The position numbers were made by a program, and so were the translations under genes. Source: Acidobacteriota bacterium (GTDB lineage: Bacteria; Acidobacteriota; UBA6911; RPQK01; JADFOI01). From it: DNA of 64,000 nt. The stretch lies in NCBI GenBank assembly GCA_963663035.1, contig OY760074.1, forward strand, positions 1,632,001 through 1,696,000. Reading direction: 5' to 3'. This document shows, piece by piece, positions 29,296 to 42,246 of this stretch (its first letter is position 1; each line of letters opens with the position of its first letter). The notes under the pieces are model-generated. The model was not told where the DNA came from. It did not search any database and saw only the letters and a program-made list of their open reading frames with translations.

Positions 29296-29690
29296 TCAGT
29301 TGAGGAGCTCTAAGAGCCAGCTCCACTTGAGCAGCAGACTTCGATCGGAAATGGATCCCCTCATATCTTCTATTCCTCGGGTATCGTTGTAGACCACGAA
29401 AAGGCCCGTGTTGGCCGCCTGGATCCACCCAAAACGAAAGTTCATGGACCAGAGGTCATCCCGGTCATTGAACTGGATCAAGCTCTGCACGAACATTCTG
29501 GGGGTGAAAGAATAGGACATCCGAAGCTGACCCAGGTTGGTGACAAAGTCTCCTGCCGGCAGGTCGATGTCATTTCGGTTCCAGGTGATATCGGCACTGA
29601 AGGTTTCATGCAGACGCAGTTTCACCTGGGGAACCCAACCCAGCCGGTGGCCCCCAAAAAAGCCTCCGTGGGTGAAGGTGAAGCGAAGGC
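29296..29690 (-). pseudogene. C-terminal fragment of a DUF5916-type outer-membrane beta-barrel protein
   Basis: GGFFGG...YSFTPRMFVQSLIQFN...NFRFGW...TGLFVVYND; the N-terminal part is missing. Confidence 0.7.
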
Positions 29691-29934
29691 TCAACCAGTC
29701 TGCACACTATAACCGAACCAGCTGGTGATGGATAAGAGCCGGGATAGGTCCCAGTCGGATCGTCTTCGTCCGACGGAGATACAGTCAATGAAAAAACCCA
29801 GGCGGTGGCGCGGAGATTGCTGAGTATCTTCATGTCACGTACCGAAGACCGATGCCCGACCGCAGGTGGAAAACCGATTCGCCCAATGAGCGATTGGGCC
29901 AAGCTTTTGCAGTAACTTTCTTGGAGGTTAGGTC

Positions 29935-30102
29935 ATGACCACAATGAGTGCATCCATTGACAAACATCACAAACCCATCATTATTGTGCTTTCACTGATC
30001 ATTCTCGCGATGGTCACCTCATGCACCTTCCATGATGTCATCCCCATTTGTCATTGGCTGTTTGGATGTGATCATCAGCTCCATAGCCTGGCATCTCTTT
30101 AG
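29935..30102 (+). CDS. 55-aa His/Cys-rich putative micro-lipoprotein (not in the ORF track)
   Basis: GGAGG RBS 7 nt upstream; MTTMSASIDKHHKPIIIVLSLIILAMVTSCTFHDVIPICHWLFGCDHQLHSLASL. Confidence 0.6.
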   Translation: MTTMSASIDKHHKPIIIVLSLIILAMVTSCTFHDVIPICHWLFGCDHQLHSLASL

Positions 30103-30272
30103 AGTCCAGGTCGTGCTGCTGCGGTTGAATTGGGAACCGTAGAGCATCAAACCCTACGTTTCTTTCGACACAAAACCCTATAAATGATATAACCGGATAA
30201 CCTATAATTAATACAGCACCAAACCCTAGGATTGGTGCCGCAGGATAACCTACATGAGGGAGAACGGCTCGC

Positions 30273-31831
30273 ATGGCAAGCCCCACCGAAAAAACTGGCT
30301 GAATCCCTTGAGGCTCTTCAAGGGCTGCAAGAGCGGGGGGGGCGTTGCGATCCGGTCTCGGGCCTTGAGCCGGACCCATAGGGAGCGCCTTCTCAAAAAC
30401 GGTTTCCTGAAGGAAGTCATCAAGGGCTGGTACATCCCGGCACGCCCGGATGAGATTCCGGGTGACAGTACAGCCTGGTATGCCTCATTCTGGGACTTCT
30501 GCGCTGCCTACCTCACTGAGCGATTTGGCAAGGACTGGTGCCTATCGCCTGAACAGTCGCTATCGCTACACGGTGGCAATCGGACCGTGCCCATTCAACT
30601 GCTTGTGCGCGCGCCGAAAGGGGGCAATAAGCCGACAGTCCTGCCCCATAATACGTCCCTTTTTGACGTGCGTTATGCTATGCCCAAGGAAAGCGAAATC
30701 GTTGAGTACGATGGCCTGCGCCTTTATTCGGTGCCGTCCGCCTTGGTCGCTAGTCCGGAGCCTTTCTTCCGGCAAGCTTCAACGGACCTGAGCGCTGCCA
30801 TGGCAACGGTGAAGGACGCATCGGACGTGCTGGCACTCCTGCTTGAAGGCGGTCATAGCACGATCGCTGGACGTCTTGCGGGTGCCTTTAGAAATGCGGG
30901 ACAGGACCGTATTGCCGATGACATCGTAAAAACCATGGATGCTGCCGGATATACCGTTCGGGAATCCGATCCGTTTGAAAACAAGCCACCTCTTGTACTG
31001 ACGGCGCGGGAAGCCTCGCCCTATGTCAACCGTATCCGTCTGATGTGGAAAGAGATGTGTCAGCCTGTGCTCGATGCCTTCCCGGCATCGCCAGGGATAC
31101 CAGATGACCCGGAGGCCTATCTGAAGGCTATTGATGAAGTCTATGTCAGCGATGCCTACCACTCGCTGTCAATTGAAGGGTATAGAGTGAGCCCAGAGCT
31201 TATCGAACGGGTACGTAGCGGTGCGTGGGACCCTGAAAATGACGAGGATGACCTTGAACATCGTAATGCCCGTGCGGCAAGAGGCTACTACGACGCGTTC
31301 ATGACGGTCAAAGCAAGCGTCCAAAAAGTTCTTGCCGGTAACAATGCGGGTACCGTGGCCGATCATGATCATGCCACCTGGTACCGGGAATTTTTTGGAC
31401 CGAGCGTGACAGCAGGTATTGTGGATGCGGTTGATCTAGCAGGCTATAGAAGCGGTCCGGTCTTTATTCGCCGTTCCATGCATGTTCCACCACCGCGGGA
31501 AGCGGTGCGCGACTGCATGCCCGCACTATTTGATCTTCTCAAAGAAGAGGCAGATCCATCGATTCGCGTTGTGCTTGGCCATTTCATCTTTGTCTATATT
31601 CACCCCTACATGGACGGCAACGGTCGCATGGGCCGTTTCCTCATGAATGTGACGCTCGCATCGGGCGGCTACCCCTGGACCATCGTCCCGTTCCAGCAAC
31701 GGGACGATTACATGGCTGCGATGGAATCTGCAAGCGTAGGCCAAAACATACAACCCTTAGCGGAATTAGTTGGTCGGCTGGTTCAGGACGGACTGGAAGG
31801 GAAGTCGGTGCCAAGAGTACCCTCCAGCTAA
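30273..31831 (+). CDS. Fic family protein; N-terminus broken by two homopolymer +1 frameshifts
   Basis: HPYMDGNGRMGR Fic motif; MASPTEK / LAESLEALQGLQER / GVAIRS lie in three successive frames. Confidence 0.85.
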
Positions 31832-31882
31832 GCATGTTGAGTTAGAGGGACGTGCTGCCTTCGCGTCTGGCGATAATGGCAC

Positions 31883-32055
31883 TTTTCACCATCCAAATCC
31901 GCACCCTATCCGCACCCTCTCCCTATGACCTGCTTTTTCTCTTAGCCCTCGAAGCTCATCCGGTGCCAGCCTGAGAAAACAGCTTGTATCCGTAGGGGTT
32001 TAGCTTTGAATTGTGGAGCTGTCCCAGAAGTCTCCAGAAGTCTCTGGACTTCCCT
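31883..32055. repeat. att-arm-like repeat block
   Basis: ttttcacca..aaatccgcaccctatccgcaccct is shared with 44597 and 45817; 31927-32055 is homologous to 38661-38775. Confidence 0.75.
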
Positions 32056-32065
32056 TCTTCAGCTA

Positions 32066-33301
32066 CTAGAAACTTCTGTTCCCATTGCCTGCACGACGCC
32101 TGCCGCGAGTTTTCCCGGAACCATTCCGAGGACGGCCCCGTCGAGAACGACCACGGGCGGGTGTGTCCCCAGAACTCTTCGGATTCTGCGAAACATCCGC
32201 CAAAGTTCGGCGCTCGACTACTTTTTTCAGCACCTTCTCGATCTTGCACACCATGGGCTCGTCGGTTTGCGTCGCAAAGGTGAAGGCCTCGCCTGTTTGC
32301 TCGGCGCGGCCGGTACGGCCGATGCGATGGGTATAGGCGTCAACGGAATCCGGCATATCAAAGTTAATCACGTGCGAAATATCCGCCACGTCAATGCCCC
32401 GAGCCGCCACGTCGGTGGCCACCAAAATGTCGTATCGGCCCTCCCGAAACCCTTCGATGGCCCGCTTGCGCTGCGATTGGACCATGTTGCCCTGGAGTCC
32501 CGAGGCTCGGTAACCCTGGTTCTTCAAGTCGGCAGCCAGCTTTCGGGTACGCCGCTTGGTTCGGGTGAAGATGAGGACCCTTCCGGTCTCTGTATTCTGG
32601 AGAAGCCTCAGCAACAGCTGGTACTTCCGATCCGGAGAGGCTGAATAGAAGGCGTGGGAGACGGTCTTGGCGGGTGCGCTCGCCTCGATCTGTACGATCA
32701 CCGGGTTTCTGAGCATTCCATCCGCCAGTCTTCGTATTTCGGACGGCATGGTGGCGGAGAAGAACAGGGTCTGACGGGTTTCGGGAATGTATTTGAGAAT
32801 TCTTCGGATGTCCGGAAGGAATCCCATGTCGCACATCCGGTCAGCCTCGTCCAGAATCAGCATCTCGACTCCCGAAAGATTGATGCTTCCCCCGGATATG
32901 TGGTCGAGTAGTCGTCCCGGACAGGCGACCACGATCTCAGCACCCCGCCGGAGAGCTGCCACCTGGGTGTTCTTGCCAACACCCCCGTAGATCGAGATGC
33001 TGCGGACTCCAGTACTTCTGCCTAGATCTACAGCAGTCCGGTGAGTCTGTTCGGCAAGCTCCCGGGTGGGAGCCAGGATGAGAGCCCGGATCCGCCCCAG
33101 GCGGCTTACCGTCAAGCGTTGTAGCAAGGGAAGGAGAAAGGATGCCGTCTTCCCGGTGCCGGTCTGGGCCAACCCCAGCATGTCACGTCCCTCCAAAACA
33201 ACGGGAATACCGCGCTTCTGGATGGGAGTGGGAACGGTATAGCCAATCTGCCTGATGGCGTCGGCTATCCGGGGATCAAACGAAAACTGTGCAAAACTCA
33301 A
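32066..33301 (-). CDS. DEAD-box RNA helicase (RhlE-like)
   Basis: AQTGTGKT, PTRELA, LDEADRM, SAT and HRIGRTGRA motifs. Confidence 0.95.
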   Translation of the reverse strand: MSFAQFSFDPRIADAIRQIGYTVPTPIQKRGIPVVLEGRDMLGLAQTGTGKTASFLLPLLQRLTVSRLGRIRALILAPTRELAEQTHRTAVDLGRSTGVRSISIYGGVGKNTQVAALRRGAEIVVACPGRLLDHISGGSINLSGVEMLILDEADRMCDMGFLPDIRRILKYIPETRQTLFFSATMPSEIRRLADGMLRNPVIVQIEASAPAKTVSHAFYSASPDRKYQLLLRLLQNTETGRVLIFTRTKRRTRKLAADLKNQGYRASGLQGNMVQSQRKRAIEGFREGRYDILVATDVAARGIDVADISHVINFDMPDSVDAYTHRIGRTGRAEQTGEAFTFATQTDEPMVCKIEKVLKKVVERRTLADVSQNPKSSGDTPARGRSRRGRPRNGSGKTRGRRRAGNGNRSF

Positions 33302-33660
33302 TTCAATTACTCCTTACTGAATGGACCCGTGCACCTCTGATGCTCGAATCCAGCGAACTCTCAACTATTTGGCTGGAGAAACTGGGGACGGGTAAACGTC
33401 TTCCAAACCCTAGACGCTTCTCTAAGCGAATTCGGAGTCCTGCATAAATGGGGTCTTGATTTTTTCCGGGCCCAGTTCAGAAGACCCGGTCACTGAAGTG
33501 GAGGATTTCATCATACCACACAAGGAGGGCCCTGGCTACTGAACTCTCGATGGGCTCAGCCAGGTAACACCGCACTTTCTCGCACCCATCCGAACACGGT
33601 GAATCTGAGGGTCGAAGAGAAGTGACGGCTTATGGGCGAGACGGAACTATTTCTCCAGCC

Positions 33661-34947
33661 TCAACGTCCCACTAAGGATGAGGTCTGCAACCGGATCCGA
33701 GAGTCCTCTCCCTTCCTTTCGGACCAGGAAATATAGAGGTTCTCGTCGTCGGTCGTGAGCATTGGATAGAAGGTGCTCCAACTACCGTCAGTGACCTGAT
33801 AAGTTGGGCTCCATTCCCCTTTGCTGGCACTGCGGTGGGCTAGGAAGACCTGAGTCCTGTCTTCTCTCAGACCTTCCCAGGCAACGTACACCGTGTCATT
33901 CTTATCGACTGTCACCTCGGTATGCAGCACTCTGTCCGCGCTCGCATCTGAAAGAAGGTACCGGGAGGCAAAGCTTTTCCCACCATCCTCGGAATAGGTA
34001 TAGTAGATGCCCGCTTCATCAGGGGTCTTGCCGCCTGTCCACCAAATCGCATGGATCCGATTCTCGCTATCCACATCGATGGAAATGCCCGCGTGTGGAC
34101 AACCACGAGACGTCCAACCATCATCGCTAATAACGACCGGATCACCGAAAGTCTGGCCACCATCGTCGGAATGAATCATCAGATGGTTGCGTACAGAGGC
34201 CCTTTCACCATCTGCCGAAGGACTACCGTTGTCCCGATAGGTGACGACTGTTGTTTTGCCGCCATCCAGGAAATTAATGGTGGGCCGGCAACAAGGACAA
34301 GCCACCCCGGAGATGGCATAGTTTTCGCCGAAACTCCTGCCCCCATCCTCGGATACGATCATAAACACTTCCTTGGCTTCCAAATCATTGCGTCCGTCCA
34401 GCCAGGTCACGTAGAGCCTTCCATCGGGTGAGGTAGCCATGGCGGTAAAATTAGCACGGCTCACTTCCCTCTGGTCGTCGTTTAGAGTCTGCTCCAAGGA
34501 GAAGGGTCCAGCGCTGTCGGCATAGGCCGACTTTAAAATCCGGTTTTTGTAGACATCACTAAAGGCAACCCAGATGGCTGCTAGAGCGTCATTTTCTGCA
34601 AAGGTGAACTTGGCCTTATGCTCCCCTCCACGGGAAAGGCTCGGCTCGCGGCTCATCTGTCGGAGCTCATCCAATTGTTGTCCGTCATTGGTCACACTGG
34701 CCAGGAAGACATGACGGCCGTCCCCATCGCGGTTTTCCTCTGTCCAGCTGACCAAGACCTTATTGGTCTTGGAAGTCAGCAGGTATGGACCCGTTGGATT
34801 GTCCTCAGCGTTACCCACCATAATGGATTCGCTAAAGAAGAGGACCGGCTGAAGCGACGAGTCATCTCCCCGGCTTCCACTACACCCCGACAGAGCAAGC
34901 GAGATCAGCACTAAGGCCAGAGATGATCCTTGGATGACTTTATTCAT
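33661..34947 (-). CDS. BNR/Asp-box (sialidase-family) lipoprotein
   Basis: Lipobox LSGC; SEDGGRSF, SDDGGQTF and SEDGGKSF Asp-boxes; CPCC and GCPH motifs. Confidence 0.82.
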   Translation of the reverse strand: MNKVIQGSSLALVLISLALSGCSGSRGDDSSLQPVLFFSESIMVGNAEDNPTGPYLLTSKTNKVLVSWTEENRDGDGRHVFLASVTNDGQQLDELRQMSREPSLSRGGEHKAKFTFAENDALAAIWVAFSDVYKNRILKSAYADSAGPFSLEQTLNDDQREVSRANFTAMATSPDGRLYVTWLDGRNDLEAKEVFMIVSEDGGRSFGENYAISGVACPCCRPTINFLDGGKTTVVTYRDNGSPSADGERASVRNHLMIHSDDGGQTFGDPVVISDDGWTSRGCPHAGISIDVDSENRIHAIWWTGGKTPDEAGIYYTYSEDGGKSFASRYLLSDASADRVLHTEVTVDKNDTVYVAWEGLREDRTQVFLAHRSASKGEWSPTYQVTDGSWSTFYPMLTTDDENLYISWSERKGEDSRIRLQTSSLVGR

Positions 34948-35112
34948 AGTGGGCCTCCCTCGTCCCAGCGGTTGAAATCTTGGCGGTTCGAGTAGCCGAG
35001 AGCCTACCGCCCAACAAAATCCTGGGAGAATTGACCTCTTGCCTTATTATACCGTAGATACACGACCAGGCCACTTCCCGACGTACGTTGAGGAGTGATC
35101 ACCTCGCTGAGA

Positions 35113-37580
<2,468 letters not shown>

Positions 37581-37676
37581 CCCCCCAACAACCGCAACAA
37601 CCCGTCCTTGACCCGATTCCCCGGGCTCGATAGACTCTCCCTCAGAAAGAACACTTCCTATCAGACAAGGCTACCG

Positions 37677-38474
37677 ATGACCAATAATGCCCACGCTCGA
37701 CCTTCAGGTGACGCGCCAGAACCATTGTATGACGTCGACGTCCCGGCACCGACACATGCCGAGCGGGCGCGGACCCTGGTTGCGCAGATCAACACCGGCA
37801 CCCTCTGCACGTTGGCGACCGATCCTGAGGGCTACCCCTATGGCTCATTCGTGACCGTCGCCTTTGACGACGGCAACCCGGTGTTCCTGGTGAGCACTCT
37901 GGCCGAGCACACCAAGAACCTGCAAGCGGACCCACGGGCGTCGCTGTTAGTAGCCGAGAGCGGCTCCGGAGACCCACTCGCGAATGGGCGCGTAACGTTG
38001 CTGGGACCCTGCACTCAGGTCGAGGGCGACAGTAGCAGCGCGCGCGTCGCGTTTCTCGCCACCCACCCGAAGGCCGAGTATTACATGGACTTCGGGGACT
38101 TCGCGTTCTGGAAGCTGGAAGTGGAATCGATCCGCTATATTGGTGGCTATGGACGGATGTCCTGGGTAGACGAAGTGGACTGGCACACTGCCGAACCGGA
38201 CCCGCTGGCCGCAGCCGCCTCTGACATCATCGCCCACATGAACGACGACCACGCCGACGCGATGGTCCTGTACTGCAGGGCCTTCTCAAAGGCAACCGAA
38301 GTCACCGCCGCCAGTATGACCTGTATTGACCGCTACGGGTTCGAAATGTCGGCCATCACCGCCGAGGCACCGCGACCGGTACGCCTGGCGTTTCCTGCAC
38401 CGGTCGGCACACCGGAGGAGGCGCGAGCTGCCCTCGTCTCGATGCTGAACGAGGCTCGAACCAGCCTCGGGTAG
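37677..38474 (+). CDS. HugZ-like pyridoxamine 5'-phosphate oxidase-related protein with DUF2470
   Basis: GYPYGS, LAEHTKNL..DPRASLL, RYIGGYGRMSWV, HMNDDH and IDRYG motifs. Confidence 0.88.
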   Translation: MTNNAHARPSGDAPEPLYDVDVPAPTHAERARTLVAQINTGTLCTLATDPEGYPYGSFVTVAFDDGNPVFLVSTLAEHTKNLQADPRASLLVAESGSGDPLANGRVTLLGPCTQVEGDSSSARVAFLATHPKAEYYMDFGDFAFWKLEVESIRYIGGYGRMSWVDEVDWHTAEPDPLAAAASDIIAHMNDDHADAMVLYCRAFSKATEVTAASMTCIDRYGFEMSAITAEAPRPVRLAFPAPVGTPEEARAALVSMLNEARTSLG

Positions 38475-38660
38475 AACCGGCCTAAAGGGTCAGCAATAGG
38501 CCCTGCACCCGACCATAAACAGACCTACACAGGACCAGGTGCGCCTAAAGCAGTAACAACGGCAGGCTGTTACCAGCAGTACCAGCCCAAAGTCGAAGTC
38601 GAGGATTGAACAAGCTTCTGCCAACTACAGTCAACTACCTACTAAAGACACTTTCCCCGT

Positions 38661-38775
38661 TACCTGCTTTTCTCTTACCTGTCCAAACTCATTCGGTGCC
38701 AGCCCGAGAGAAAAGCTTGTATCCGTAGGGATTTAGCCTTTGCATTGTGGACCTGTCCCCATCAGACTTCCCGAT
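38661..38775. repeat. Second copy of the att-arm-like block
   Basis: acctgcttttctctta...cggtgccagc...agcttgtatccgtaggg.tttagc...ttgtgga.ctgtccc is shared with 31927-32055. Confidence 0.75.
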
Positions 38776-38778
38776 TCG

Positions 38779-41250
38779 CTACGGTGTTCCGCCGGCTATG
38801 ATCTTCTCGGGAAGCAGGGTGACCGTAATGCGAGAGTCGTGATCTTCGGCTACAAAGACGCTGGACCTCGATGGCTGGTATCCCTGACCCCCGGTCATCA
38901 GCAGATAAGTGCCACCATCCATCCCGGTAAAGACAGCTTCTCCGTAGGCATTGGTCGTCTGGTCTGAGACCGCTCCGATCTCGTCCTCCTGGACCTCAAG
39001 ACCGGGCACTTGCCGGCGCAAGCGCACGGGTCTGCCTGGAAGGGGCGTTCCCTCGGGTGAGAGCACCAGGACAGCCAGACGGCCACCCCTCTCCAGCCAA
39101 AGCTCCAGCCCCTCGAGGTGCTCTCCCGCGGCCACCGGGAAGGGGACCGTGCTCAGCATCTTGAACTCTGGATGCTCGACAAAGACCTGCACAGCCGAGC
39201 CGGGATCCACATCGGTGAGCTTGAAACGTCCGATGGCGTCGCTTTGTGTACTGAGCTTCACAGCGCGCCGTAGCCGCTGGCGATATCCTCGGTCCCATTC
39301 ACCTCCGGGCCCGTCCTGCTCCTCCTGTTCTTCGGCGACCGGCCTGATGCGCACCCAGGCCTCTGACACTGGCTCTCCCCTGGTATCGACTACCGTGCCG
39401 CTCACCACAGCAGCCGGATCCAGCTGAATGTCCAGGGTTTGGGTGGCGGTCTGGCCTGCCAACTCGAGTCCCTCCAGGATCTTCAAGCTGTAGCCTTCGG
39501 CCTCAAGGTTGAGCGGACCCAACTCTCCCGGCAAGAGGCCACTGAAGTGATAGCTGCCGTCCTGCTCCGTCTTGAAAACCCGTTGCCGGTCTCGCCGCCA
39601 CAGCGAGAGCTGCACTCCGGCTATCGGTTGGCGGGTGACCGAAGAGACCACCCGCCCCTCAAGTCGGACTCCCGACTCGAGAACAATCTCCACTTGCCGG
39701 GTACCCTGCTTGAGATCGACGTTCTCCACTCGGGAGGGAAGCTGCTCATCGGCGACGACACTCAGATCGTAGATTTTCTCCTCCAGGCTGTCGAAATGGA
39801 AACGGCCCTCCTGATCGGTCTCCACCGCTGCCGATGCACGGTACAGGGAGATGGGCTCATGAGCCCGTTCCTGGCGCCGACGGTCCAGATAATCCCGGAG
39901 GAGCTCGATCTCATCGCTTCGACCCTCTCTCATCAAACGCTCTTCCCGGGCGGCGCTAGCCTGCCGGCGCCTGTTCTCTGTCAGCCGGCCCTGGCTGACC
40001 ACCACCAGGGCTCCCGCCACGGGACGCTGCTGAGCATCCCGAACCCTGCCCGAGAGGAAGCTGCCTGCCGAGAGCTTCACTTCAACAAAGGTGTTTTCGG
40101 CTTCTTCGCTCAGCTGGCCCCCCTCCAGGGTAAGACTGTAGCCAGGCTTTTGGGCCAGAACATTGAAGTACTCAGCCGGGAGCTCATCGAATCGAAATTC
40201 GCCGTTTTCATCGCTTTTCCGGCGCCCATGGGGAGTGCTGAAGGCGCTTTGGAGTAAGGAGATGGGACGACGGCCCCAGTTTTTAAACCCCTCGCCCAGG
40301 TAAAGGGCCACCTCCACCCCCGAGATCGGCTCATTCTCCTGATCGATCACCTGGCCGCTAAGGCTGCGGCCAGAAGCCAGGATCAGCTCAACCCCCTCAC
40401 TCCCCGCCGGTACCCGCTCCAGGCTCACTGGAGCAAAGCCCTCGGCTTGGGCCCTCAGCTTAAAAGAACCTGGGTAGACATTTAACTGAAAAAACCCCCC
40501 AGGCCCACTCCTGACCCGGTCGATGAGTCGGCGCGTACCCGACCAGTCGCCGGGCTGCTCGTTAATCTCGCTGAGAACCTCCACTGTGGCTTCCACCAGC
40601 GGCTTGCCCAGAGAATCGTGAACCCAGCCGGTGATCCAGTCACCCGCTCCCAGCCGGAAATTGAGTTCAGTGGACTCAGGCCTCCAGGTCCAGTCCTTGA
40701 TCTGAGGTGAAAAACCCTCCTGGCGCGCGACCGCCTGGTAGACGCCAAGCGGCAGCCCCCCAATGGCGATGGAATAGTATCCATAGGCATCCGTCTGAGC
40801 CTCCGCTGCGATGCCCGGGGGCTCGAGTCTCACCCGTCCCAGAGCCCGCTCACGAGCGATCTGTTCCCGCTTCAAGGGCTCGGCCTTTAAGAAGCTGGCG
40901 CCACTGCGAAGGAGTACACCAGCCCCTGCGACGGGCTGGCCGCTGGGATCGATGACCCAGCCGTGAAGCTGGGCAGAGGGCTTCTCCTCCCATTCGTAGG
41001 GCGGCGCCACGGGATCAGCGGGACGATCTCGTTTTTCAGGTTTTCTTGCCCCACGGGAAACCGCAGGAGCCGGGGTGATCAGAGCGGACCTCTGGCCACG
41101 GTCGAGGTCTGTGTCCGTACTGGAGGCGGATGGCTGCTGCAAGTTCCTGGCCTTTTCTTTCCCGGACGACTGAGCGTCCTGAAACACCCAGATAAGCAGG
41201 ATCACCAGGACGATAAGCAAAAGGCTCAGTGCAGTATAAGTTTTTCTCAT
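38779..41250 (-). CDS. Membrane-anchored carboxypeptidase-regulatory-like repeat protein, probably truncated at the C-terminus
   Basis: Repeated G.V.D..G.PV.GA.V...TD..G.F domains; ends at the start of a new repeat (KIIAG) next to the 38661 block. Confidence 0.8.
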   Translation of the reverse strand: MRKTYTALSLLLIVLVILLIWVFQDAQSSGKEKARNLQQPSASSTDTDLDRGQRSALITPAPAVSRGARKPEKRDRPADPVAPPYEWEEKPSAQLHGWVIDPSGQPVAGAGVLLRSGASFLKAEPLKREQIARERALGRVRLEPPGIAAEAQTDAYGYYSIAIGGLPLGVYQAVARQEGFSPQIKDWTWRPESTELNFRLGAGDWITGWVHDSLGKPLVEATVEVLSEINEQPGDWSGTRRLIDRVRSGPGGFFQLNVYPGSFKLRAQAEGFAPVSLERVPAGSEGVELILASGRSLSGQVIDQENEPISGVEVALYLGEGFKNWGRRPISLLQSAFSTPHGRRKSDENGEFRFDELPAEYFNVLAQKPGYSLTLEGGQLSEEAENTFVEVKLSAGSFLSGRVRDAQQRPVAGALVVVSQGRLTENRRRQASAAREERLMREGRSDEIELLRDYLDRRRQERAHEPISLYRASAAVETDQEGRFHFDSLEEKIYDLSVVADEQLPSRVENVDLKQGTRQVEIVLESGVRLEGRVVSSVTRQPIAGVQLSLWRRDRQRVFKTEQDGSYHFSGLLPGELGPLNLEAEGYSLKILEGLELAGQTATQTLDIQLDPAAVVSGTVVDTRGEPVSEAWVRIRPVAEEQEEQDGPGGEWDRGYRQRLRRAVKLSTQSDAIGRFKLTDVDPGSAVQVFVEHPEFKMLSTVPFPVAAGEHLEGLELWLERGGRLAVLVLSPEGTPLPGRPVRLRRQVPGLEVQEDEIGAVSDQTTNAYGEAVFTGMDGGTYLLMTGGQGYQPSRSSVFVAEDHDSRITVTLLPEKIIAGGTP

Positions 41251-41291
41251 GAGGCAGCGGCCTGATCAAGCCAGGATTTCTCCTGGCCTGG

Positions 41292-42011
41292 CTATGGCAA
41301 CAGTGTGACGGTAAACTTGAAAGGCACAATATACCGCCCTTGTAGAATGGGAGAACCCTTATTACCCTTTTTTTCGCGCTCCAGACAGGCGATCCCGCCG
41401 GGGGGGGTACGAAATCCCAGGTGTCTCCGGTGCGGGTTACCATAACCAGGCTACCACACGTCGGGGTGAAGCTCAGCAGCCAAGCGTCATTGTTAGTATC
41501 ACGAAAAGAGATAAAGACCTTGCGGAACCTCGGCGGCTTCACCGGGTCCATATCGAGCAGTGAAAAGGGTAGTTCACCTAATAGAGAACACGTTCTCGGA
41601 TCCGCCGCCGGAGGTGAGACCCTTAGGTCCACCATCTGGAGTTGCATCATCCAGCACAGGGACAGGATCGCACGGGAGGTCTTCGCATGGGTCGCTGAAG
41701 TCCAGGAAAAACCTCCGACTCGTCCCGGCTTGTAGCGTGAGGCTCAAGCGGGTCTTGTCGCCCACTGCCGTGACATTTTCAAACCCGTGTTCGTAGGGGG
41801 TCCCATCATCACTGCAAAAGTGATCCCCGCCTGTACCGCAGTCTAAATCGTCGAAGGTAACACTAACAGTGTATTTGTCGCCCCCACCACCGCCGCCCTT
41901 GCCGCCCTTGCCGTGTGGCTCTCCTTTGTGGCCGGCATAGCTCTGGACGCCCAGGCCGATGAACAACAAGAAAAAGATAGAAACAAAAAGTGATGTTGAT
42001 TTTTTCAGCAT
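41292..42011 (-). pseudogene. Secreted hypothetical protein split by two frameshifts (possibly sequencing errors)
   Basis: Signal peptide and Gly linker ORF 41574-42011 continues as LGELPFSLLDM..., then after the G8 run near 41400 as GGIACLERE...YIVPFKFTVTLLP-stop. Confidence 0.6.
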
Positions 42012-42127
42012 TGCTTTCCTCCTTCTTAAATTTCAACCAAGGTCAGGTGATATCTTGCGAAATCACTACCCTTCTCAAGTACGAGTGCGCGTCTCCACTT
42101 TATCGCAAGCTCACAAGAAGTGACAAG

Positions 42128-42166
42128 CGCCAAAGCACGCCACAGGGGTAATGGCGTGCTTTGGCG
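42128..42166. promoter_or_regulatory. Perfect 15-bp inverted repeat between divergent genes (operator-like)
   Basis: cgccaaagcacgcca-N9-tggcgtgctttggcg. Confidence 0.5.
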
Positions 42167-42246
42167 TGGGGTTGGCTATGAGAAGATTGCTTTTTGTCCC
42201 AGCGCGGCACTACAATGATTCAACGATTCGATAACCTTTTTCGCTT

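Noticed and set aside
29830-29905. ZTP or NiCo riboswitch
   Set aside because: Only aggtggaaaacc is reminiscent; the other conserved elements could not be found by eye
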